This document shows positions 1-8,932 of a DNA stretch of 15,934 nt, one piece after another. Both the position numbers and the translations under genes were made by a program. Each line of letters begins with the position of its first letter. Position 1 is the first letter of the stretch. Under the pieces are notes generated by a model that was not told the DNA's origin, made no database searches, and saw only the letters and a list, made by a program, of their open reading frames with translations. Where the stretch lies: contig NW_021825341.1 of the NCBI RefSeq assembly GCF_006345805.1, positions 1 to 15,934 of the forward strand. Direction: 5' to 3'. Origin of the DNA: Octopus sinensis. Lineage: Eukaryota.

Positions 1-32
1 TGTCAGCTGTCCGCAGCTAAGGTGACGCTTGT

Positions 33-445
33 TTATTGATCATACTTCAAGAATCCTGCGGCCTTACTCTTGCAAGTTCCAAGCAATGATGATTTGTGTA
101 GGTGTTCTGTCTTTATATTCGTTCCAATCCTTTTGAGCCAAGTTGGTAGGTGGGTCCTGATACTTCCAAGTGCAATGAGCACTGCTGCTATCACGTCACC
201 TCTCTTCACTGCCCAAAGCCCGCGTATCTTTCACTGCAATTCATCATAGTCGTTCATTTTTCTTTCTTCTTTCTCTTCAATCATCTTGCAACAGGAATTC
301 TATATCAATTATCGGGCAAGCTTTTGTTTTCTTTTTGTTTTTTACTTTCTTTTCACTGCAACAGTATCAAGTTTTCGACGTTTAATCTGATGATCACACG
401 GAATCATTGCATCCCATAGGATTTTGCTATCTTCCCTATAACGAA
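33..445 (-). mobile_element. 5'-truncated, decayed non-LTR retrotransposon fragment, RLE clade (R4/Dong-like): C-terminal restriction-like endonuclease region
   Basis: Hand translation of the minus strand gives REDSKILWDAMIPCDHQIKRRKLDTVAVKRK* / (frameshift) KTKACPIIDI / (frameshift) MIEEKEERKMNDYDELQ*KIRGLWAVKRGDVIAAVLIALGSIRTHLPTWLKRIGTNIKTEHLHKSSLLGT..., ending at TAA 33-35. This follows the typical R4/Dong C-terminus (KILWD..IQ.DH.I..RRPD...C.IIDI...EK..KY..L..EI..LW....V.VIP.VIGALG...L..WL..IG....E.LQK..LLGT). In-frame stops lie at 342-344 and 231-233. The 3' UTR runs off the window start. Confidence 0.85.
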
Positions 446-540
446 AAAAAAACGCGTATGGAAATTATCTCGTTCGTGGTTATTTTTTTAACAACATTTA
501 TCGATATAAGCAAGTGACTCCCGTTGTTATATCTTATTCC

Positions 541-772
541 TTTATTCTGTTATTTGTTTCAGTCATATGACTACGGCCAAGCTGGAGCACCACCTTAAGT
601 GGGAGAAATCGACCTCAATACATTCTTTCTAAGTTCAGAATTTATTTTATCGAACTTTCTTGCCGAACCGCTAAACTACGTTTACGTAAACGCAACACCG
701 GTTGTCAAGGAATGGTGGGGGAAAAAACTCAGACAGACACATACATACATACATAGAGACAGACAGACAAAC

Positions 773-841
<69 letters not shown>

Positions 842-1073
842 GATAAATAGATAGATAGATAAATAGATAGATAGATAAATAGATAGATAGATAGATTAGA
901 TAGATATACGATGGTCTTCTTTCAGTTTCCGTCTGTCAAATCCACTCCTAAGGCTTTGATCGGACCGAGGCTTTAGTAGAAAATATTGGCCCAAGATGCC
1001 ACACAGTGGGACTGAACCTAGAACCAGGTGATTGGGAAGCAAACTTCTTACCACACAGCCACACCTACGCCTA
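541..1073 (-). mobile_element. tRNA-derived SINE (family A, Octopus-type), near full length, with an internal microsatellite
   Basis: The minus-strand head reads TAGGCGTAGGTGTGGCTGTGTGGTAAG...AGGTTCAGTCCC, with a Pol III box A-like motif at 1051-1061 and a box B-like motif at 1008-1018. The body (907-1000) and tail (541-730, GTTTCAGTCATATGACTACGGCCAAGCTGGAGCACC...GCCGAACCGCTAA on +) match my recollection of an abundant octopus SINE. A second copy of the head is at 8256-8376. Confidence 0.85.
735..905. repeat. Compound (CATA)/(CAGA)/(GATA)n microsatellite inside SINE A
   Basis: Direct reading: acatacatacat, agacagacagac, then a long (ATAG)n with ATAA variants. Confidence 0.95.
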
Positions 1074-1090
1074 TGTATTACATACTTTTG

Positions 1091-1310
1091 ATATTGATTT
1101 AAAAAATTGGCAGAAGGACAACAATTTAGGGGGAGGGGGCAAGTTGATTACATCGACTCTAGTGCTCAACCGATGTTTATTTTTATAGAGCCAAGAAAAA
1201 TAAAAGACAAAGTCAACCTAGGTGGAATTTGAACTCAGAACGTAAAGGCAGACGAAATGTTGCTAAGCATCTTGTTCGGCGTGCTAACGGTTCTGCCAGC
1301 TCACCGCTTT
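1091..1310 (-). mobile_element. tRNA-derived SINE (family B)
   Basis: The minus strand reads AAAGCGGTGAGCTGGCAGAACCGTTAGCACG...TTACGTTCTGAGTTCAAATTCC...GAGTCGATGTAATCAACTT...CCCTAAATTG. It has box A-like TGGCAGAACCG and box B-like GAGTTCAAATTCC, and is alignable by eye to the + strand copies at 9276-9498 and 9527-9722. Confidence 0.85.
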
Positions 1311-1414
1311 AAAATATATATTTTATATTGAATATTCCTTTTTGGGTCTATGTAAAAATGCGTTGCTTAACGGCATCTTCATTATCCTCAACACCATCAT
1401 CGCAACCAGAACTG

Positions 1415-1415
1415 C

Positions 1416-1464
<49 letters not shown>

Positions 1465-1585
1465 GCCTTCATCATTATTATCGTCCTGTTCATCATCGTC
1501 GTAGTCGTCATCATCTTCGTCATCATCATCAGCATTATTATCGTCGTCATCATCATCATCGTCGTCATCATTATCGTCGTCGTCG

Positions 1586-1626
<41 letters not shown>

Positions 1627-1730
1627 GCTTTCATTATCATTATCGTCATCAGCATCATTATCGTCGTCATCAGCATCATTATCGTCGTCATCATCATCAT
1701 TATCGTCGTCATCATCATCATCATCATCAC
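1415..1730. repeat. Degenerate (CAT)n trinucleotide array with CGT/TAT variants and a 21-nt higher-order unit
   Basis: Direct reading. The unit CATCATTATCGTCGTCATCAG recurs around 1653-1710. This array is the source of the poly-I/M/D ORFs. Confidence 0.95.
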
Positions 1731-1930
1731 CATGTTGTCTCCATTCCTGGACTGGGCGGTGAGTTGTGTTCTTGATCAAAACAGTTCGTTTCACTTCGGT
1801 CAACTCTACCGCCAACGGGTGACCCTGGTTCAATGTGTAGTTGTAAATGTGTAGCCCTGGAAATGAGTAACCCCGTTTAGAGGGAACATTGTAAAAGCGG
1901 TTACTTTTACGGCATGGAGACTGCATAAGC
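1731..1930 (+). mobile_element. Probable 5'-truncated diverged SINE (family C): degenerate box B plus body
   Basis: GTCTCCATTCCTGGACTGGGCGGTGAGTTGTGTTCTTGATCAAAACAGTTCGTTTCAC resembles the box-B-to-core segment (GTTTCGATTCC-CGGACCGGGCG..GTTGTGTTCTTGAGCAA.ACACTT.ATTTCAC) of a mollusc SINE as I recall it. No box A is visible, as it abuts the (CAT)n array. The 3' boundary is uncertain. Confidence 0.5.
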
Positions 1931-2226
1931 GTCACTGAGAACATTGGGATCCGAAACTGTAATGTCAAGGGATTTATAATCGGGATTAGATTACCTATGG
2001 ACAGCATGTTTCGGTGTCTGTATGCATCCTCAGTACAACGTAACTGAACGGAAAGTAGGCATTTACTTAAAATTATGGGTTATCTACGTAGATTGTTTCA
2101 TCTTCAATGATATAAATAGGAAAAAAAAGAAAAAATAGAAAAAATTTTAGACGGAGCCATATATAAGAGTAGAGGTAGACTGAAACATTTGAATGTACGT
2201 GAATCATTTTCGTTCTCTGCCAAAGG

Positions 2227-2401
<175 letters not shown>

Positions 2402-2454
2402 TAAAAGAGCATGCATAAGAAAAAATAATCTTTTAAATCGTATAGGTGATGTAT

Positions 2455-2489
2455 AAATATATGTATAGTGTATGTATGCATGTGTGCGA

Positions 2490-2526
<37 letters not shown>

Positions 2527-2836
2527 ATATATATATATATATAATTATACATGCATACATGCAAACCTACATACACACACATACATATTACATGCATACA
2601 TACATACATACATATACATGAATTCATACATACATAAATACACGCATCCATACACGCACATATATATATACAAACATAAATATATACATGCATACACATA
2701 CATACACACACATGCACACATATATACATACATACATACATAAATACATTCCTACATAAATACACTCATAGATACACGAACACATACATACACAAATACG
2801 TACACACATACACATACATACATATATACATACACA
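2455..2836. repeat. Compound (TA)n/(CATA)n/(CA)n low-complexity tract
   Basis: Direct reading. Confidence 0.9.
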
Positions 2837-3114
2837 TTTATATTAAGCATTGGAATAATCAAGGCCCACAATGAAATTTTTTTTCTCTCTAAATGCAAAT
2901 ATATACGGCTACGTACGCATGCGTGTGTTTCAGAGGGAGAAACCGTGTGTGTCTGTGTCTGTGTGTTGTGCGCGCATGCGTAAATATGTGTGTGTGAGGA
3001 AAGGAAACGAAAACCACATCTAGATTACATAGCTTGATCGAAAACGATCTAAAAATTTGATTTGATATATTTCCAAATACATAACACCGCTCTCAACCGC
3101 TGGCAAGAATATAT

Positions 3115-3138
3115 ACAGATGTATATAATGTAAATATA

Positions 3139-3207
<69 letters not shown>

Positions 3208-3232
3208 CAGGTATACGTGCACACATATATAT
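3115..3232. repeat. (TA)n microsatellite
   Basis: Direct reading. Confidence 0.9.
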
Positions 3233-3499
3233 TTGAGAACAATTTTTTTTAAAAAATAGATAGATGAAAACAAAAGAAATGTGTAAAGCGAAAGTAATGT
3301 ATTCAATGCGCATGCGGGTAATAGCCAGTTCTTGTTACACAGACACAAATTACTAAATAAATAAATAAATAAGGGTAAAAAAAAAAGATAAATATAAATG
3401 ATAAAAGAAGATAATTTTTCAAAAAGTTGTAATAAAAATTTAACCGAATAGATTCCGATGGTGTTCGAGATGGTGCAGGCCGTGGTGGTGGGGCCTAGA

Positions 3500-3560
3500 G
3501 AGGATAGTGTCGGTGGAGGTGGTGGAGATGGTGGTGGTGGTGGTGGTGGTGGTGGTTGTG
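3500..3560. repeat. (GGT)n trinucleotide repeat
   Basis: Direct reading: ggtggaggtggtggagatggtggtggtggt... Confidence 0.9.
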
Positions 3561-3759
3561 ATATTGGTGTGGGTGATTGCGGTGGAAGAGAAAAAGCCCA
3601 ATTTCCTTACTGCAATGATAATTGAAGGTCTGTTACTAGTGAAAATATATAGCATTAGTATTAAAAAAAAAGAGAAAAAAAAGGGTAAAAAAAAACTATT
3701 AATGAGATGGTAGAATTCGATGGGTTTGGACGTTTGAAGAATGTTTAGTGAACGAATAA

Positions 3760-3763
3760 ACAT

Positions 3764-3795
<32 letters not shown>

Positions 3796-3829
3796 CATAC
3801 ATACATACATACATAAATACATACTTACA

Positions 3830-3866
<37 letters not shown>

Positions 3867-3887
3867 ATATATATATATGTTTATATA

Positions 3888-3940
<53 letters not shown>

Positions 3941-4260
3941 ATATTATATATATATATATATATTACTTAAATTTCAGTATATGAAAGTGCATAAATGTAC
4001 GGTGTATATGTATGCATGCATATAGCTTTGTGCACGCAACACACACATACAAATATACACAAGAGAACAGTATATACCACATATACAAACATATATATGT
4101 ATATACATACATATATATATATATGTATATATATGAATCTATCTATATATGTATGTAAACGTTCGTCTGTATGCATATACAACATATATAGATATATAAG
4201 TTTGTATATGTGTCCTTTATATATGTAGAGATAAGTAGATAGATGAATATATATGTACAT

Positions 4261-4328
<68 letters not shown>

Positions 4329-4660
4329 GCATGCATTTTATGCAAATGTGTGTAAATATATGCAGATATATATGGTGTGTGTGTGGGTGTGTGGTGTGTG
4401 ACAGTATGAGTGTGTAAGTGTATGTACTTGTTCCTAAGTTTATGTATATATGTACATGTGTGTATGTGCATATTATACACATATTTGGTTGAGAGACAGA
4501 AAGAAAAAAACGTGTGTGTGTGTGTAAGCGTGTATGTTCGTTTCTATATCCGAGTGTATGCGTGTGTAAATATTTTTGTTTCGTTTGGCGTGTATGTTTG
4601 TGTGTGCGTGCATTTTCGCAAGTGTGTGTGTGTGTGTTGTGTGTGTGTGTGTGTGTGTAA
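3760..4660. repeat. Long compound (TA)n/(TATG)n then (TG)n low-complexity tract
   Basis: Direct reading, including a perfect (TA)n at about 4266-4322. Confidence 0.9.
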
Positions 4661-4894
4661 TTTACAGCGCAATGTCTTGCCAAATTTCCATTCTTTTACT
4701 TACAAATTAATGGAGTTGTTATCGCTTGTTGCGATGATGTGGAGGGGGAGGAGGAGGAGGAGGAGGTGTAGGAGAAAGATGAAGACAACGATCATCGTCA
4801 TGGTTATACTGATGATGAGGAGGAGGAGGTGGTGGAGATGGGGGATGCTAACGATTTCGATGAAAATGGTATGTATTCTCATGGTGATTATGTG

Positions 4895-4936
4895 AGTGAC
4901 GCTGATGACGACGATGACGACGATGCTGATGACGAC

Positions 4937-4980
<44 letters not shown>

Positions 4981-5093
4981 CGATGATGATGACGATGATT
5001 ATGATGATGAAGATAATGATGATGATGATGATGATGATGATGACGACGATAATGATGACGATGATGATGACGATGATGATGATGATGAAGATA

Positions 5094-5140
<47 letters not shown>

Positions 5141-5246
5141 GATGATGATGATGATGACGATGATAATGACGATGATGATGATGATGACGATGATCATGAG
5201 GATGATCATGATGATGTTGAAGAAGAAGAAGAAGAAGAAGAAGAAA
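4895..5246. repeat. (GAT)n array with GAC/AAT variants followed by (GAA)n
   Basis: Direct reading. Source of the poly-D/M/I/H ORFs. Confidence 0.95.
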
Positions 5247-5379
5247 ATGGTGGATGATGGTGATGATGATAGTGAGGGTGGGCCGGGGCAGCGCGGGGAG
5301 AGGTCCGTGGGTAATGATGAATATCTCCAACATTACCATTATCCCCATATTCTTCCTCGCTCCTGTTCATTTTCATCCT

Positions 5380-5555
5380 CCTCCATATCCTCATCATCAC
5401 CATCATCATCATTACCATCATCATCATTACCATCATCATCATCACCATCTTCATCATCACCATCATCATTATCACCTTCACCATCATCACCATCATCATC
5501 ATCATCATTACTATCATTATTATTATTATTACTTTTTAGTAGTAGTAGTAGTGGT

Positions 5556-5588
<33 letters not shown>

Positions 5589-5640
5589 CAGCAGCAGTAG
5601 TAGTAGTAGTACTATTGCTGTTGTTGCTGTTATTGTTGTT
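5380..5640. repeat. Compound trinucleotide array (CAT)n-(TAT)n-(TAG)n-(CAG)n-(TGT)n
   Basis: Direct reading. Confidence 0.93.
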
Positions 5641-5819
5641 ATTAATGATAGCAATAAATAGCCCTACTCGTCATTATCGTACTTCTCGTGGTCGTAGTGG
5701 TGGTCACGGCCGTAATGTTAGTGGGTCTCTCTATTCGTTGGTATTCAGGGTTGATATATGTTCTATTGTTATTTATTTGTTCATTAATATTGCGGATAAT
5801 AGACTTATTAGTTATATAT

Positions 5820-5835
5820 TTGTTTGTTGCTGTTG

Positions 5836-5867
<32 letters not shown>

Positions 5868-5877
5868 GGTGGTGGTG
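5820..5877. repeat. (TGT)n to (TGG)n compound repeat
   Basis: Direct reading. Confidence 0.9.
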
Positions 5878-5957
5878 CTATTTCATTATCCTTGATATTT
5901 TTTTCCTGTATTGCACCTAGATCGATAAATATATTTCAAATAAAATTATTTATATTT

Positions 5958-6035
5958 ATGTGTGAGTGTGTGTGTGTGTGGGTGTGTGTGTGTGTTTTAT
6001 CTGTGCATGTTCGGTAGTGCATCGTTAAATGTAAG

Positions 6036-6066
<31 letters not shown>

Positions 6067-6087
6067 TCTATATATATATACATAGAT

Positions 6088-6168
<81 letters not shown>

Positions 6169-6572
6169 AGAGAGAGAGGGAATGTAGATGTTTCTATATA
6201 TTGATGTGTAAATATATATATGTAGTATGTGTATGTATGTATATATATGTATGTATTTATATATATATATATGTGTATGTATGTATGTATGTATATATAT
6301 ATTATGTATGTATATATATGTATGTATATATGTATGTATGTATGTATATATATATATATGTATATGTAGGTATGTATATATATATATGTATATGTATGCA
6401 TGTATGTATATATATGTATGTATACGTATATATTGATAGAAAGATAGATATAGATACATAGATAGAGAGATAGAAATGGATGTATATATATATATACATA
6501 CTTGCACACATACATTAATACACACCTACGTACGAAAGTACGTACACATATACATATGTATGTATATATGTA

Positions 6573-6608
<36 letters not shown>

Positions 6609-6632
6609 TGTATGTATGTATGTATGTATATA
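5958..6632. repeat. (TG)n/(TA)n/(TATG)n compound microsatellite tract
   Basis: Direct reading. Confidence 0.92.
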
Positions 6633-6654
6633 AATCATTTGATTAAATGCTGGT

Positions 6655-7146
6655 AGCAAAAGAGTTTAGGGAGGAAATTTTATAGAATGTAAAAACAATG
6701 ACTGGAGAGAGAGAGAGAGGAGGGGGCAATCGAAATGCACTGTGAATAAGTAAAATATAAAAGAGAGGGACTAAGAGAGAGAGAGAAGGTGGAACATTGA
6801 AATGTGAAGAGAGACGGGGTGAATGGATATTGAGAGTGGGTGTAAGATATACGAGGTAGTTGGAGTGGATGTTTCGTGAAGAAGGCGAAAATGATGTAGT
6901 GGTGGTGAGAGTTGGTGTGAGTAAGAGACAAATGAAATAAAGAGAGTGGAAGAAAGTTAAAAGAGAGAACAAGAGAAATACAGGAGAAAGGAGAAGCAGA
7001 AACACAAAGAAGAAGGATTGAGGATGAGACAGAAGAACAGAAAATTAAATGTATATATAGAGAGAGAGAGCGAGGGAAGGGAGAAAGAGAGAGAGTAATA
7101 TAATGTTGAGAGCGTGAGAAAGAGAGAGAAGAGAGAGAGAGAGAGG
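6655..7146 (+). repeat. Purine-rich (GA/GAA-rich) low-complexity tract
   Basis: About 490 bp with very few C on the + strand and repeated (GA)n runs. Confidence 0.8.
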
Positions 7147-7569
7147 ATGGCTTTTGTATTTTTAGTGTTTACGATATTTTAATTCGTCAAAATATATTAG
7201 CACCCGAGTTGTAAAAGAAGATTTGTGTACACAATTTGTTTGACTTGTCTAGACGTGGAATACAAACTAAAATGGCGTTAATGAAGGAGAATCTTGTTCT
7301 TTCAAAGTCGCCATTTTGTTTAGTTGGAAATCGATTTTATTTTTATTAGGCACAAGGCCAATATGAGCAGTTTCCTTGTTTTATATACGGATGTATAGTA
7401 AATATTCAAGTAGAGTCAACTGAAAATATTCCTGTATATAGCGTCATATTTTCTTGTGTATCTTCTATGGAGAAAGAACTTTAAGAATTGAGTAGTTTGA
7501 AATAATTCTTTCTGATCTTGCCACAAGGTCAACAGTTTTGAGCGGAGGAAGAATTGGTACGTATTTTTT

Positions 7570-7663
7570 CAGCAACATTTGAATACAGAGCGTAAAAGTC
7601 CTGAGGAATTGCTGCAACAGAGTTAGTCTAACGTGCTAACAATTTTACCAGCTCGCCGCCTTG
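7570..7663 (-). mobile_element. Old, 3'-truncated head of SINE family B
   Basis: The minus strand reads AAGGCGGCGAGCTGGTAAAATTGTTAGCACG...CTTTTACGCTCTGTATTCAAATG, collinear with the heads of the copies at 1310 and 9527. Confidence 0.7.
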
Positions 7664-7852
7664 GTCTAGTCAGAAATAATAAGACTGCCAAGGTTAGTAA
7701 ATGTGATAGTATGATTTTAATAGATATATAATGGCGAATTAATAAAACAGAAGAATTCGAATGGAAAACTAACCGCAAAATCAAATCCATGAACTCCCCC
7801 ACCCAAAAAAAGTGCGGGTTGAATTTATTGATCAATCATCTGTAATTCTTAC

Positions 7853-7871
7853 CTCCTTTTCATAAACACAC
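7853..7871 (-). other. Candidate 19-nt exon bounded by strong splice sites
   Basis: The minus strand reads ...CTTTCATCTATTTTCACAG|GTGTGTTTATGAAAAGGAG|GTAAGAA. Splice signals only, no transcript evidence. Confidence 0.3.
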
Positions 7872-8255
7872 CTGTGAAAATAGATGAAAGTTTTTTGCCA
7901 GAAGTTCAACTATCAACCGATAAATACAGTATGCCGTACAAGGTGCCAAGAAGTATCATACGCTAATCTTCCTGAAACTTACACGAGAAACAGCTCGAGT
8001 ACAGCAGAGAGATACAGAAAGCATCGGCAGATAAAGGGAACAGTGAAACAGCTATGCCGAAAAGAAATTAATTCTATGTTTTTAACATGCTAAACACTAT
8101 AATTCAATCAATAGATACATGTAGATATCATATCTACACAGATCTATCATACAATGCTATGATAAGTAGCTGAATCAGTTTACCTACGGTGATATGAACT
8201 ATTCTCAACAATATTTCTGAAAGGGTTAACACGGATGTGCCCCAACACAAGAAGA

Positions 8256-8376
8256 ACCTTGCCCAAGATGCCACACAGTGGGACTGAACCCGGAACCATG
8301 TGGTTTGTAAGCAAGCTAGTTACCATACAGCCACTCCTACGCCTATACTTACCACACAGCTATTCCTACGCCTATA
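8256..8376 (-). mobile_element. tRNA-like head of SINE family A with a tandem duplication of its 5' end
   Basis: GCCCAAGATGCCACACAGTGGGACTGAACC (8261-8290) is nearly identical to 989-1018. The 29-nt box-A-containing unit occurs twice (8319-8347, 8348-8376). Confidence 0.85.
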
Positions 8377-8391
8377 ATACATATATATATA

Positions 8392-8932
8392 CAGTAATAC
8401 CACATTTTACGGGGACCAGTTTACGAGACCCCGGATTTACGAGTTTTATTTTTGAAACACAAGATCTAAATTCTGAACGAAGTGCAAAAGTTTCTAATAC
8501 CATAACAAATGCTTCTGCGTGTTTGCGAGGAATTTATAGAGAGCGAATAAAAGCTTCTTCAAAGCAAGCAACTTTAGATTTATTTTTTAAAATGTTATCT
8601 ACAAGTCCGTCTACGAGTGCTTGTGAAACGGCGATCGCGTCTACAAGAGATGGTGTGTGCGAGACTAATGTAAGTGAAAGTGATTCAGAAAATTATTATA
8701 ATAACATCTTTTATTAAATATGATCTTGATATCATTTTTAATTTACATGAAATGTTCTTTACATTCTACTGTTGTTTTATTGTTATTTATTTACGACTAT
8801 TCTAAATGTTATAGGTATAATATTTTTCGAAGAACGAATTACGATTCATAACATTGGTGGTGTAGGAAATTATTGCTTTGCTTTACGAGCTGTCTCCGGG
8901 AACAAATAAACTGGTATGTCGAGGCATTACTG
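8392..8932 (+). mobile_element. Non-autonomous (internally deleted) pogo/Tigger-family DNA transposon (Tc1/mariner superfamily)
   Basis: The ends read TA|CAGTAATACCAC... and ...GAGGCATTACTG|TA, giving imperfect TIRs CAGTAAT(A/G)CC with a TA target-site duplication at 8390-8391 and 8933-8934. A subterminal TTTACGAG motif repeats at both ends, and an internal transposase C-terminal remnant is present. Confidence 0.85.
8445..8717 (+). pseudogene. C-terminal remnant of a Tigger/pogo transposase
   Basis: FIFETQDLNSERSAKVSNTITNASACLRGIYRERIKASSKQATLDLFFK matches the pattern of the Tigger1-type C-terminus (FE..DPN.ER..KV...V.NA..CYR.IY.EK.....Q..LD.FFK) and is followed by an S/T/acidic tail and a stop at 8715-8717. 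No DNA-binding or DDE domain is present. Confidence 0.8.

Noticed and set aside
1008-1073. tRNA gene
   Set aside because: Box A/B-like motifs are present, but no complete cloverleaf is evident and they continue into SINE body sequence repeated elsewhere in the window.
1348-2007. 219-aa minus ORF with a unique-looking N-terminus and a poly-Asp tail (looks like an acidic/biomineral protein)
   Set aside because: The N-terminal part is largely the antisense of probable SINE C and the tail is the (CAT)n array. Other frames of the same array are also open.
3020-3102. Minus-strand TTCTTGCCAG followed by AVESGVMYLEIYQIKFLDRFRSSYVI*
   Set aside because: The acceptor is embedded in (TA)n with a short pyrimidine tract, and the peptide is unrecognised.
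4829-5257. 142-aa Asp/Glu-rich ORF (MVEMGDANDFDENGMYSHG-polyD-polyE)
   Set aside because: It is almost entirely (GAT)n/(GAA)n within a larger patchwork of trinucleotide arrays, with overlapping ORFs in most frames. It cannot be distinguished from repeat expansion.
8205-8229. AAAGGGTTAA, resembling a piggyBac-type end (TTAA-CCC on the minus strand)
   Set aside because: I could not find a matching partner end in the window.
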